Shown here one piece after another: positions 42,259 to 51,523 of a stretch of 64,000 bases of DNA. The notes below the pieces were generated by a model. It ran no database searches. It saw only the letters and a list, made by a program, of their open reading frames with translations, and was not told the origin of the DNA. The stretch lies in contig JBCBZT010000015.1 in assembly GCA_039815185.1 (NCBI GenBank), positions 1 through 64,000 of the forward strand, written 5' to 3'. The DNA comes from Cyanobacteria bacterium P01_A01_bin.123. GTDB lineage: Bacteria; Cyanobacteriota; Cyanobacteriia; Phormidesmidales; Phormidesmidaceae. Position 1 is the stretch's first letter. The number at the start of each line of letters is the position of its first letter. A program made the translations under genes and the position numbers.

Positions 42259-43248
42259 ATGCCTAAAACCACCACCAAGTCTAAAAGTAAAACGACCAAG
42301 CCCCTCTACACTACAGATACTGTTCGCACCTACCTCCATGAGATTGGTCGCGTACCGCTGTTGACCCATGAGGAAGAAATTGTCCTGGGCAAGCAAGTTC
42401 AGCAGTTAATGGCTTTGCTAGCTCAGAAGGAAGCGCTCCAAGAAATCCTTGATCGCGTCCCAACTGATGTTGAGTGGGCGGAGGCGATGACCCTGAGTGA
42501 ATCAGCCCTGAAGCAGCAACTGCTCCAGGGGGAGAAGGCTAAGCGCAAGATGATCGAGGCTAATTTGCGTTTAGTCGTCGCGATCGCAAAGAAGTATCAA
42601 AAGCGCAATCTAGAATTCCTTGACCTGATTCAAGAAGGCACCTTGGGACTAGAGCGTGGCGTTGAAAAGTTTGACCCCACTAAAGGTTATAAGTTTTCAA
42701 CCTACGCCTACTGGTGGATTCGGCAGGCGATTACCCGCGCGATCGCTCAGCAAGCGCGAACCATCCGACTGCCCATTCACATCACCGAAAAGCTCAACAA
42801 AATTAAGCGCGTTCAGCGTGAACTTTCACAGCAGTTAGGGCGTAGTCCTACCCCAGGTGAAATTGGCGCAGCTTTGGAGCTGGAGCCTAAGCAAATTCGG
42901 GACTACTTGCTGTTGGCTCGTCAGCCCATCTCGTTAGATGTGCGCATTGGCGATAACCAAGACACCGAACTGCAAGATCTGTTGGAAGACGATACTGCGT
43001 CTCCCGAAGACTTTACTGTTCAAGAGTCTCTCAGACAAGATATTCGCAATATGTTGTCTGAACTTACCCCCCAGCAGCAAGAAGTGATTCGGTTGCGGTT
43101 TGGCTTAAGCGACGGCAATGAACTTTCTTTAGCCAAGGTAGGGCAACGCATGAGCATCAGTCGGGAGCGAGTTCGTCAGCTCGAACAGCAGGCCCTCAAA
43201 CACCTGCGTCGCCGTAAAGCCAACATCAAAAGTTATCTGGCAAGCTAA
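42259..43248 (+). CDS. group 2 sigma-70 factor (SigB-like)
   Basis: [30 protein letters not shown] and SRERVRQ motifs; no region 1.1. Confidence 0.92.
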   Translation: MPKTTTKSKSKTTKPLYTTDTVRTYLHEIGRVPLLTHEEEIVLGKQVQQLMALLAQKEALQEILDRVPTDVEWAEAMTLSESALKQQLLQGEKAKRKMIEANLRLVVAIAKKYQKRNLEFLDLIQEGTLGLERGVEKFDPTKGYKFSTYAYWWIRQAITRAIAQQARTIRLPIHITEKLNKIKRVQRELSQQLGRSPTPGEIGAALELEPKQIRDYLLLARQPISLDVRIGDNQDTELQDLLEDDTASPEDFTVQESLRQDIRNMLSELTPQQQEVIRLRFGLSDGNELSLAKVGQRMSISRERVRQLEQQALKHLRRRKANIKSYLAS

Positions 43249-43267
43249 TCAGTGCTTTAAGGTAAAT

Positions 43268-43307
43268 TCAGCGGCGTCCGGTTCTCAAGAGAATCGGACG
43301 CCGCTGA
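43268..43307. terminator. strong hairpin between convergent genes
   Basis: TCAGCGGCGTCCGGTTCTC-AA-GAGAATCGGACGCCGCTGA. Confidence 0.75.
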
Positions 43308-43346
43308 GTTGGTTAATGGGATGGCATGGAGGTTGGCGATAGCAAG

Positions 43347-43604
43347 CTACTGGTAATACCGTCCTTCGATCAAGAATGACCATCCGCCTTGGTGGATATC
43401 CGTATCATGGCGGTCTCGGGAAAGCTGTTTACGGAGAACCGAGGGTAAGGTTAACGGCCAGAATAGCGAGGCAGCAATCAGCGCAATCCAGCTCATAACG
43501 TGAGTCTTGGGAGTCGTTTTATCTCTAAGAAAAAGACTGAAGAGATAGACAAATAACATTGACATGATCAATGCATAGAAAATTAAGGCTCCGTTTGGAA
43601 TCAT
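43347..43604 (-). CDS. small membrane protein
   Basis: Two TM helices; D.TTPK.H..SW and FWPL.LP motifs. Confidence 0.7.
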   Translation of the reverse strand: MIPNGALIFYALIMSMLFVYLFSLFLRDKTTPKTHVMSWIALIAASLFWPLTLPSVLRKQLSRDRHDTDIHQGGWSFLIEGRYYQ

Positions 43605-43807
43605 CAGTATCTTGCCTCAGGGTGGGAGCTAGCAGACAGAAGCGGGGACAAAAATTCTATGTCAGCATCTCGCTTGCGGATCCTGACTCATTTGATTTGA
43701 GTAAGGACGTAACAGGAACATCGAGCTAAATTACACAAAAAATCAGGCTCATTCCGCAAAGACATAAACACGCTGACAACCCATGAACCGATATGGCTTT
43801 GATCACG

Positions 43808-44836
43808 TTATGGAAGGGGTAATCGGGATGCAGCTTTTTCGCACAGTAGCTGGGCTGCCTCTAGACACGATAAGCCGCTTACATCAATTTCCGGAATCGT
43901 TTGCCTGCGGCGGTTGAGGTCGTGAAGATAGGCGCGATCGTAGTAGTTGAGAATAATCGCAACGGCCTCCCTGAGGTTGCCTAGCTGAATCAGCGCGATC
44001 GCGTTTTGGGTGCGTTCTCCGCCGAGTCGCTTACGAATCCGTTCGGTGGCTTCAATCAGGTCGGCAATATCGGCTTGACCATAGATTTCAACCAGCAAGT
44101 CTAGGCGTTCGGATAGCGATCGCGTGATGGCCAGCGTTGAAGCCGCTGCCATTTGGTCAAAGAGTTCCGGGGGAATGCGACAGGTACCGATGCGTTTGCT
44201 TTCGGCTTCGATCCAAATGGATTGAGCCTGACTTAAGGAGTGCCATGCTAGGGCGACGAGATTTTCAAAATGCTCGGTGCTGGGTTGAGGCGGTAGTCCC
44301 AGGGAGCCAAAGCTGCTGCCCCGATGGTTGGCTAATCCTTCTAGATCCAAAACTTGTTCCCCCAACTGCCGCAGCTCGAGTAAGATATCGGTTTTGCCTG
44401 TACCCGTCATGCCCCCTAGCAGCATAATTGGCTTGGGTTGGGCTACCGTTGCCCGAACCCAACGGCGAAAGGCTTTATAGCCACCCGCTAATGTCGTTAC
44501 CTGCAAGCCACCCATGCGCAGCAGCCAAGCCATTGATTCACTACGCATGCCGCCGCGCCAGCAGTGGAGTCGAATTGGGTTACCCGCCGCGATCGCTTTG
44601 GCCCGGCGCAAAAAATCCGCCTGCTTTGGCCCTGCCAACTCAAACCCCAATTCCACTGCCAGATCTCGGCCCTGCTGTTTGTAGCACGTGCCCACCTGCG
44701 CCCGTTCGTCATCCGAAAAAAGCGGAAAGCTGACCGCTCCAGGAATATGACCCTGGGTAAATTCACTGGGGCTGCGAACATCTAGGAGTGGGCCTGGGGC
44801 GGTTAAGAATGGGTCGATGGGGAGGACGTGAGACAC
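43808..44836 (-). CDS. mnmH: tRNA 2-selenouridine synthase
   Basis: Rhodanese DVRSP.EF and CWRGGMRS; P-loop GMTGTGKT; LANHRGSSFG. Confidence 0.93.
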   Translation of the reverse strand: MSHVLPIDPFLTAPGPLLDVRSPSEFTQGHIPGAVSFPLFSDDERAQVGTCYKQQGRDLAVELGFELAGPKQADFLRRAKAIAAGNPIRLHCWRGGMRSESMAWLLRMGGLQVTTLAGGYKAFRRWVRATVAQPKPIMLLGGMTGTGKTDILLELRQLGEQVLDLEGLANHRGSSFGSLGLPPQPSTEHFENLVALAWHSLSQAQSIWIEAESKRIGTCRIPPELFDQMAAASTLAITRSLSERLDLLVEIYGQADIADLIEATERIRKRLGGERTQNAIALIQLGNLREAVAIILNYYDRAYLHDLNRRRQTIPEIDVSGLSCLEAAQLLCEKAASRLPLP

Positions 44837-44932
44837 GAGGAGGTGAGGAGTGGGGGAGTGAGTGAGTGGGGGAGTGGGGGGACTCAGATCAAATGGGCAC
44901 CATCAATCAATTGCTAATAACCGATTGCCGAT

Positions 44933-45001
44933 TATAGCGCTGGCCAGATTGCTGAATGCACCTAGTATCGCTGGGATGCTGAGTCTACAGGCAATCTGGC
45001 T
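44933..45001 (+). repeat. 69-bp dispersed repeat / MITE-like element, copy 3
   Basis: TATAGCGCTGGCCAGATTGC...GCAATCTGGCT. Confidence 0.85.
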
Positions 45002-45082
45002 TGCAGTCTTGTCCTAAACGGACTGGTGCCTGCTACATTCATCACGATTAGCTAATTCAAAATCCAAAATGGGTTCTACTAT

Positions 45083-47437
45083 TCACCACCTATTGATTGT
45101 AATTGGCGCGCTTGCGTTAGTTGGAGGGATGACTTCGCCGATCGTACAACTTTGGGCATAACCCAGGTGTTTTAGCGCGTCTAAACAGGCCGCAGCGCGA
45201 TCGCCAGGCACAGTCGCCAACAATCCCCCTGCCGTTTGCGGATCAAACAGCAGGGGCCAATTTCGATGACCGCTGACCGCCACCCGGTTCTCAATGGTCT
45301 TGGCGGCTTGCAGATTGTCTGCATAGAGGCTGCTGAAGATGTCTTGGGCCACTGTGTCGCGGGCACCGGGTAAAATCGGTAGGTCAGTTAAGTCAAGCGC
45401 CACAGAAACCTGGGCAGCCTGCACCATTTCTAGTAGGTGGCCGATTAGACCAAAGCCGGTGATATCAGTGCAGGCGGTGGCTTGGTGGTGTTGCAAACAG
45501 TGTGCTGCCGCTTGATTGGACTGGAGCATGGCCTCAATGGCAGCTTCAATCCAACGGCCCTTGGCTTTGAGCCGCATATCGGCAGCAAATAGAGTGCCTG
45601 TGCCCAGGGGTTTGGTCATGATCAGTACGTTACCCGGCTGCATTCCCCCTTTGCGCAGCAGGTGATTCGGGTCGGCAATGCCATGACAGGCAAAGCCTAA
45701 AGCCAATTCGTTACCTTGGGTCGTGTGCCCCCCGACTAATGCTGTTTTAGCCTGACTCAAGGCTTGGTTGACCCCAGCCAGCAGTTGATACAGCAAAGAA
45801 GCTTGGGGTGTCCCTGTGGCATAGGGAATGACGGCGATCGCGAGGGCGGTTTGGGGGATTGCCCCCATGGCAAACAGATCGCTGAGACAGTGATTCACAC
45901 AAATTTGGCCGAAAATGAAGGGATCATCCACCATGGCTCGAAAATAATCGACGGTTTGCACCGCGACATATCCCGACGGTATCCTGACCACGGCAGCATC
46001 ATCCGGAGCACCCAGGCCAATTAAGATGTCATCCATCTGGGGCCAATGGGCTGACTGAGCGTTTTCCTGCTGGATACGCTGGAGCACTTGAGTCAAGGTT
46101 TGACTCCCCACTTTTGCCCCACATCCGGCACACAGTTGCGCTGAGGATAGCGGTGCTGTTTTTTCAGAAACGTTCGCTCTAGGCAGTTGAACCTTGGCCT
46201 GAGACCCAGATCCTATCGATAAAGTATCCATTGACGGGAACTTGTTGAACAGGCCCATAAATGTTCGATCGATGTGATCTTTCCAGCGGCGTGCTAGGGA
46301 AGATTCCCAGCAGAAGGGGCCACGGGACGCGATCGCGGTGCCAGTCCCCGTATCAATAATGTTGAGAAACTGAGTTTGGGGGCGAAAAGGCCGCAGCCGT
46401 TCCCCTTTGAGATAGCGTTGCAGGTTTTTGAACAGGGGTGGCCCCTGACGCACGGCAAAGACCCCTGCTTTAGGACGGGGATGGTTGACCATGGTGGCCA
46501 CATCCCCAGCGGCAAAGACTTGGGGATGGGAGAGGGCCTGCAAATAGTCGTTGACTTGAATAAAGCCGTGGTCGTCTAACGACAAGCCTGCACCCTGAAT
46601 CCACTCAGGGGCCGAGGCGTTGGTGACCCAAAAGACGCGATCGCAGGCTACCGTCAACCCAGATTTGCACTGCACGATCGTCGGTTCCCCATGAGTCGCT
46701 TGCTCCGTTGCGGGTTCGGCTGAGGGGCGATCAAGGGCGGACACCGTTTCTTGCAGGTGCATTTGAATGCCGCGTTTTTGGAAAAGATTGTGCAGGTGCG
46801 ATCGCGTCCAGGCATTGCGCCCCTTGGCCAGTTCTGCCCCTCGGTGAAATAAGTGAATGGTAAGTTGTTCAGGCGATCGCCCCAAATCTTTCAACACCCG
46901 GTGCAGTCGGGCCTGCATACATAGGCTCAGTTCCACGCCAGCAACGCCACCGCCCACAATCCCCAAACTGATGGGTTGATCGGGGTGTTGTTTTACCTGG
47001 TCGATCAAGGCAGCCCACTGTTGCAGCAGTGCGGGTACGGGCTTAGCAGGCGTCGCATAGGCGGCAGCGCCGGGGATAGCTAACGTGGCCGGGGTGCTAC
47101 CTGTGTCAATGGAAAGGACATCAAAGGCAATCGGGGGATGGTTCGCACACTTGACCTGTTGACGTTCTAGATCCAAACCGATTGCTTCATCCATCACCAA
47201 GCGACACTGGGCAAAGCGGCTGAGGGGGCGCAGATCAATGTGGGACTCATCAAAGTCATACAGTCCAGAGATATGACAAGGCAACATGCCTGAATAAGGC
47301 GTATCCACCAAATTCGTGATCAGGGTGAGCTGTACCCCCGGTATCGGATGCATGGCGAACTGTCGCAGCACAATCGCGTGGGTATGGCCGCCCCCAATGA
47401 GAACGAGGTCTTTGACGATGGGTTGGAGACTTTGCAT
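45083..47437 (-). CDS. selD: FAD-dependent oxidoreductase / selenophosphate synthetase fusion
   Basis: N-terminal GGGHTH, YSGMLP, AAGD and PKAGVFAVR; C-terminal CAGCGAK, DDAAV, GGHT, TDITGFGL and DPQTAGGLL. Confidence 0.93.
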   Translation of the reverse strand: MQSLQPIVKDLVLIGGGHTHAIVLRQFAMHPIPGVQLTLITNLVDTPYSGMLPCHISGLYDFDESHIDLRPLSRFAQCRLVMDEAIGLDLERQQVKCANHPPIAFDVLSIDTGSTPATLAIPGAAAYATPAKPVPALLQQWAALIDQVKQHPDQPISLGIVGGGVAGVELSLCMQARLHRVLKDLGRSPEQLTIHLFHRGAELAKGRNAWTRSHLHNLFQKRGIQMHLQETVSALDRPSAEPATEQATHGEPTIVQCKSGLTVACDRVFWVTNASAPEWIQGAGLSLDDHGFIQVNDYLQALSHPQVFAAGDVATMVNHPRPKAGVFAVRQGPPLFKNLQRYLKGERLRPFRPQTQFLNIIDTGTGTAIASRGPFCWESSLARRWKDHIDRTFMGLFNKFPSMDTLSIGSGSQAKVQLPRANVSEKTAPLSSAQLCAGCGAKVGSQTLTQVLQRIQQENAQSAHWPQMDDILIGLGAPDDAAVVRIPSGYVAVQTVDYFRAMVDDPFIFGQICVNHCLSDLFAMGAIPQTALAIAVIPYATGTPQASLLYQLLAGVNQALSQAKTALVGGHTTQGNELALGFACHGIADPNHLLRKGGMQPGNVLIMTKPLGTGTLFAADMRLKAKGRWIEAAIEAMLQSNQAAAHCLQHHQATACTDITGFGLIGHLLEMVQAAQVSVALDLTDLPILPGARDTVAQDIFSSLYADNLQAAKTIENRVAVSGHRNWPLLFDPQTAGGLLATVPGDRAAACLDALKHLGYAQSCTIGEVIPPTNASAPITINRW

Positions 47438-47560
47438 GGGTGTGGGGAGATTGAAATATAAACCCAGCTAGGGCACTTCCAGGTGACTGGGCGTCTCCTT
47501 ACTCTAATTGGAGTAGCTGAAAAGAGCCTGAGGATGGCATGGGAGGGCACATCAGTGCCT

Positions 47561-47726
47561 GAAAATATGTAGAAAGTTTCTTGCGATCCACCCAGATCTG
47601 GATAGTATGCGGAAAGTTTCTCGCGATCTTCGTTATTGGGGATGATATGCCGACAATTTCCGCATATCATCCCCAATAGGGTAGATTAGATATACGGAAA
47701 CTGTCTATCTAATAAGATTGTTAGGC
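47561..47726 (+). other. attI-like site with upstream 40-bp-period direct repeats
   Basis: TATG.(G/C)GA.A.TTTC-like motif at 47566, 47606 and 47646, degenerate copy at 47691; ends ATCTAAT-AAGATT-GTTAGGC. Confidence 0.5.
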
Positions 47727-47860
47727 GTCAAAATCGACTTGCAAAGCGTGACCAGAAAGACGCTTGCTTGCTGATATTAAAAGTTACATTTCTTTGGTTT
47801 ATTTTTAGTAGAAAGCAAATACACTCTTTGTAGATTTTGGAATCTTTGAAGTGACTATAT

Positions 47861-48868
47861 ATGAAAAGTAAGATTAAGTTTTTAGTTTTTTTCGTTACAA
47901 CTATATTCATTTCATTTTCCAGTAGTCTTTATTCCCTTTCTACCCAAGCACAGGGAGTTAATCAAACTGGTGGATCGACTAGTCAAGTTCCTCTTATATC
48001 TAATGAATTGCTAAACGGGATAATCCTCGCAGTAGTTTCTGCAATTTTTGGTTTTCTCGCAAGTTTTTTAATTGAACGTATCAATAAAAGAAGTGAGCCT
48101 CGAGCACAAATTTCATACAGCAAAATTATTAAAAGTGGAATTATAGGAATTCTTGAAAAAGATATTGAAGATAAAATTTCTGTTTTATATGCTGGAAAGC
48201 CAGCAAAAAATATGTTTTATGCTCTCTTTGATATAGAAAATACAGGCAACCAACAAGTTAAAAATCAGGAAATTAGATTTGAGTTTACGGATAATAGTGA
48301 GATTCTTGATGTATTCTTTGAACCTCCGAAAATAGAGCCTGAGATGGAGTTTAAAGAGCTTCTAGAGTCGGGATTAGGAAAACATGAGAAAAAGTACAGA
48401 ATAGGTATAATAAAACCATCAGAGAAATTAGGTTTTCGCTTTATTGTTCAAGATTCTGGGAGTAATTCCATAAAGTTTTTACATCATACGAAAAACGAAA
48501 GTGATGTAACTTTTACTGAAAGAGAGTTAAAGAGAGTCGCCGATGATATTGAACAAGTAAAAATTTTTCTAACATTGTGCATTGTATTTTTTGTGTTAAT
48601 TCCTTTATTTGAGAATACTATTTCTCCCTTTTTTCCGCTGGCCAGCTCATTTTTTTCATTGATTATGCTGAGTGGCTTTGTGTTTCTTATTTTCCCTCGC
48701 TTTGAAGCTTTTATACGAACTACTGTGAATTTAATATCTGAGCTCAGACAAGAAACAGGGATAGCCGGGAGAATGGCAGATAAAGTAGGGGTTGTCGTAA
48801 TGGGTGGCTCAGCAAATATAGAGGCTATGAATATTACACATCCTTCTGAAGAAACTGAGAATGGTTAA
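47861..48868 (+). CDS. AT-rich hypothetical membrane protein (cassette 1)
   Basis: 335-aa ORF, strongly AT-rich, no HIP1; stop lies 4 nt before an attC. Confidence 0.8.
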   Translation: MKSKIKFLVFFVTTIFISFSSSLYSLSTQAQGVNQTGGSTSQVPLISNELLNGIILAVVSAIFGFLASFLIERINKRSEPRAQISYSKIIKSGIIGILEKDIEDKISVLYAGKPAKNMFYALFDIENTGNQQVKNQEIRFEFTDNSEILDVFFEPPKIEPEMEFKELLESGLGKHEKKYRIGIIKPSEKLGFRFIVQDSGSNSIKFLHHTKNESDVTFTERELKRVADDIEQVKIFLTLCIVFFVLIPLFENTISPFFPLASSFFSLIMLSGFVFLIFPRFEAFIRTTVNLISELRQETGIAGRMADKVGVVVMGGSANIEAMNITHPSEETENG

Positions 48869-48872
48869 TTCA

Positions 48873-48959
48873 GCCTAACAATTCAAATGCGGCGGATTAT
48901 TGAGCGTTACTACTGCTGAGTGTAAGGTGCCAAGCGACCGCTGATTTGACACGTTAGGC
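48873..48959 (+). mobile_element. attC recombination site 1 (87 bp)
   Basis: GCCTAAC...GTTAGGC ends; inner arms TCAAAT(G)CGGCGG / CCGCTGATTTGA with an extrahelical G. Confidence 0.85.
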
Positions 48960-49006
48960 TTACATCTTGCAGTGCATAGATCTATGACCCCAAAATCCAT
49001 TTTGGA

Positions 49007-49906
49007 TCATCGCTTTTGATAAGCTTTGGGTGTTACCCCTGTCATCTGACGGAAGACTTTTGTTAGATGAGTCTGGTTTGCAAAGCCACAATCTAGGGCA
49101 ATGGTGCTGATTGGAATCGATTGCTGTTCCAGCAATTGCTTGGCTCGTTCCACACGTTGTTGCATCAAATACCGATAGGGTGCAATTCCCATTGATTGCT
49201 TGAAGCATCGGCTAAAGTGGGATTCGCTCATGCTGGTTAGGGTCGCCAAATCCAAAATCGACAAATCTTGTGCCAAATTCGCCCTCATGTAATCAATGAC
49301 TCGGGCCAACTGTGACTGGGGTAAACCGTTGGCTTTGCGTTCAAGTGAAGGCGGGGGCTTGCTGACAGCATAGTTCTGCACCAAACGAGCGGCAAGCGCT
49401 GTTCCCAATGACTCGCCATATAACCTGCCAGACAGACAACCCGTTTGGATTTCCGTCTTGAGTGCGAGGGCTAATTGCTGGATTACCGGATCAGCGATCG
49501 AAAACTGTGGAATTAGTTCCACTTCACGCTGCATCAATTCCTGAGTGGCTTGATTCAGCAATGTTGGACAAATCGCAATCACCGAAAATTCGACTTCCTG
49601 ATTCCAGTTTGTTTGATGATTTAGAAATGCTGGAATCACATCTACGCCACCGTTGCCGTGGGCATAGTGTTTAAACTTGCCGTTCAAACGACGTTCTGCC
49701 TGAAAGCGACTTTTGGGATGTGTGATCACCAGTGAATGTTGTAAAAGGCAATGCTCCACCGTTTCATGAGGAGGATGGCAATAGTGGGTGAAGGTTAACC
49801 CTTTCCATCCAGTACCATAGCTGGCGACCAGGGGGGCTTGTGGAAGCACTCGTGCTACTTCCGCTTGGTTTGTAAGATCAATTTTGGCGGTTGCATGATT
49901 CACCAT
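49007..49906 (-). CDS. AraC family transcriptional regulator (cassette 2)
   Basis: MSESHFSRCFKQSMG and IALDCGFANQTHLTKVFR..GVTP.AY motifs. Confidence 0.93.
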   Translation of the reverse strand: MVNHATAKIDLTNQAEVARVLPQAPLVASYGTGWKGLTFTHYCHPPHETVEHCLLQHSLVITHPKSRFQAERRLNGKFKHYAHGNGGVDVIPAFLNHQTNWNQEVEFSVIAICPTLLNQATQELMQREVELIPQFSIADPVIQQLALALKTEIQTGCLSGRLYGESLGTALAARLVQNYAVSKPPPSLERKANGLPQSQLARVIDYMRANLAQDLSILDLATLTSMSESHFSRCFKQSMGIAPYRYLMQQRVERAKQLLEQQSIPISTIALDCGFANQTHLTKVFRQMTGVTPKAYQKR

Positions 49907-50030
49907 AGGCTTTACCCCGTCAAGCTTTCACACCCCAAGCAGGATTGAGACAACTTTAGCAGAATTGGATGAGACGGCAGGTTACGGCTACGCCTACGGT
50001 AAGGGTGTTGGCCATTTCCTGAACCTACTT

Positions 50031-50414
50031 ATGCCAAATCAACCTGCATCAGAAATCGAGCTACTACGCTCAGCCTACGCGGCCTTCAACGCCCGTGACC
50101 TTGATGCCGCCCTCGCCCTCATGACTCCCGACGTGCATTGGCCGAGGGCGTTCAAAGGCGGTTTTGTCCGTGGGCCGGAAGAAGTCCGCGCTTACTGGAC
50201 GGAGCAAGGAAGCGAGATTGACGCACACGTCGAGCCGGTTACCTTTAACCCGGAGGAGGGTGGGCAGATCCTGGTTGAGGTACATCAGGTCGTGCGCGAT
50301 CTGGCTGGAGCTGTGCTTGCTGATGAGCACATCGGCCACCGTTTCACCTTTAAGGATGGCTTGATAAAAGCCATGGAAGTCTGCTCACTCTCATCGTCCA
50401 GCCCCAGTGCCTAA
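50031..50414 (+). CDS. SnoaL/NTF2-like protein (cassette 2)
   Basis: AYAAFNARDLDAALALMTPDVHWP...G.EEVRAYW; stop codon overlaps the attC R'' box. Confidence 0.85.
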   Translation: MPNQPASEIELLRSAYAAFNARDLDAALALMTPDVHWPRAFKGGFVRGPEEVRAYWTEQGSEIDAHVEPVTFNPEEGGQILVEVHQVVRDLAGAVLADEHIGHRFTFKDGLIKAMEVCSLSSSSPSA

Positions 50415-50496
50415 CAATGCCCATGCGCACTGACCGTTGAGAGTTGATCGGTATGCTACAAAGGTGATCTACGGCGGGTGATGGGCAACGTTATGC
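50409..50496 (+). mobile_element. attC recombination site 2 (88 bp)
   Basis: GCCTAAC...GTTATGC ends; TGCCCAT/ATGGGCA inner arms; colinear similarity to attC1. Confidence 0.82.
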
Positions 50497-50505
50497 GCAC
50501 TAATC

Positions 50506-50916
50506 ATGAGACTGTGGGCTTATCGTCTTTTCTTTTCCAGAGGCCCAATAGGTTTGTGGATCACGCCTCGTGACGATGGTTCAGCCATGCTCTGGGAGAC
50601 CACGATCTACTTTGGGCTGACCGGTCGGGGAATTATTTCCTCGTGGTCATATGAATCCGACAGATCGGAGGCCTCCTTTCGGTGGCGCCGAGTCGGTTAC
50701 CTGAAAGTCGAAGTGCGCGTCGAGGCCAACCCAGCATGGGAGCGCATCGAGTACAACTTCATCCTTGTCCCGCAAGCCTACACTCGTTCGGCAGTCTGCA
50801 TCATCCAACAGAACGTAAAAGAGGGGCTAGACGATTTGCATGGTTCACATTTCTGGTGTGCGGGAGAGCCGCTCAAGTATGGAGGGCCGGCACCTCTCCA
50901 CCCAAGCCTCGGATGA
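50506..50916 (+). CDS. hypothetical protein (cassette 3)
   Basis: ATG about 10 nt after the attC core site, as in promoterless cassettes. Confidence 0.55.
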   Translation: MRLWAYRLFFSRGPIGLWITPRDDGSAMLWETTIYFGLTGRGIISSWSYESDRSEASFRWRRVGYLKVEVRVEANPAWERIEYNFILVPQAYTRSAVCIIQQNVKEGLDDLHGSHFWCAGEPLKYGGPAPLHPSLG

Positions 50917-51038
50917 CTACCAAACGAAGACGACGTCGGCCCACCCTCGGTATATTGGGGTTATGGCTGTACTTAGTCGCCTGGAAGTGGCAATGCTGGA
51001 TAGGTTACGGTTGTGATGATGATCAAAGCGGCCTAGCT

Positions 51039-51257
51039 ATGACTGATTTACTTGAGCGTGCGATCGCGAGATTGCAAACCTTGTCTGAGCGTGAACAGGA
51101 CGCGATCGCTTCAATTATTTTGGAGGAAATTGAGGATGAGCAGCGTTGGGACAAAGCATTCTCTCGTTCTCCAGATACCCTTGCAAAACTCGCAGCTTCG
51201 GCAATTGCTGAATACCATGCGGGTGAAACCCAAGAACTTGATCCTGATAGCCTGTGA
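51039..51257 (+). CDS. putative antitoxin
   Basis: 72-aa acidic protein (MTDLLERAIA...EQRWDKAF...); its stop overlaps the toxin start (GTGA). Confidence 0.75.
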   Translation: MTDLLERAIARLQTLSEREQDAIASIILEEIEDEQRWDKAFSRSPDTLAKLAASAIAEYHAGETQELDPDSL

Positions 51258-51523
51258 AGTCACGCACGACTGTCCAATTCCGCAAGCTGTTTGCTGATCT
51301 GCCCAGACAAGTTCAACAACAAGCTCGGGCAGCCTATCGTCAGTTTCAGCAAGACCCAAGCTATCCAAGCCTACGTTTCAAGAAAGTGCATCCGGAGCTA
51401 CCGATTTACTCTGCCCGCATCAACAAAAGCTACCGAGCAGTAGGACAGATGGAGGGAAATACGGTGATCTGGTTTTGGATAGGTTCGCACGCAGAATATG
51501 ACAGGTTGCTAGCGCAGATTTAG
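51254..51523 (+). CDS. RelE/ParE-superfamily toxin
   Basis: Basic 89-aa protein; F.K....LP, P.YPSLRFKK, YSARI...YRA and WFWIGSH..YD motifs. Confidence 0.8.
   Translation: MKSRTTVQFRKLFADLPRQVQQQARAAYRQFQQDPSYPSLRFKKVHPELPIYSARINKSYRAVGQMEGNTVIWFWIGSHAEYDRLLAQI

Noticed and set aside
47561..47705. 40-bp-period repeats as a CRISPR array
   Set aside because: The period is too short, the repeats are degenerate and there are no cas genes.
50682..51257. 191-aa ORF call
   Set aside because: Its upstream part overlaps the cassette 3 ORF; the credible gene is the 72-aa antitoxin starting at 51039.
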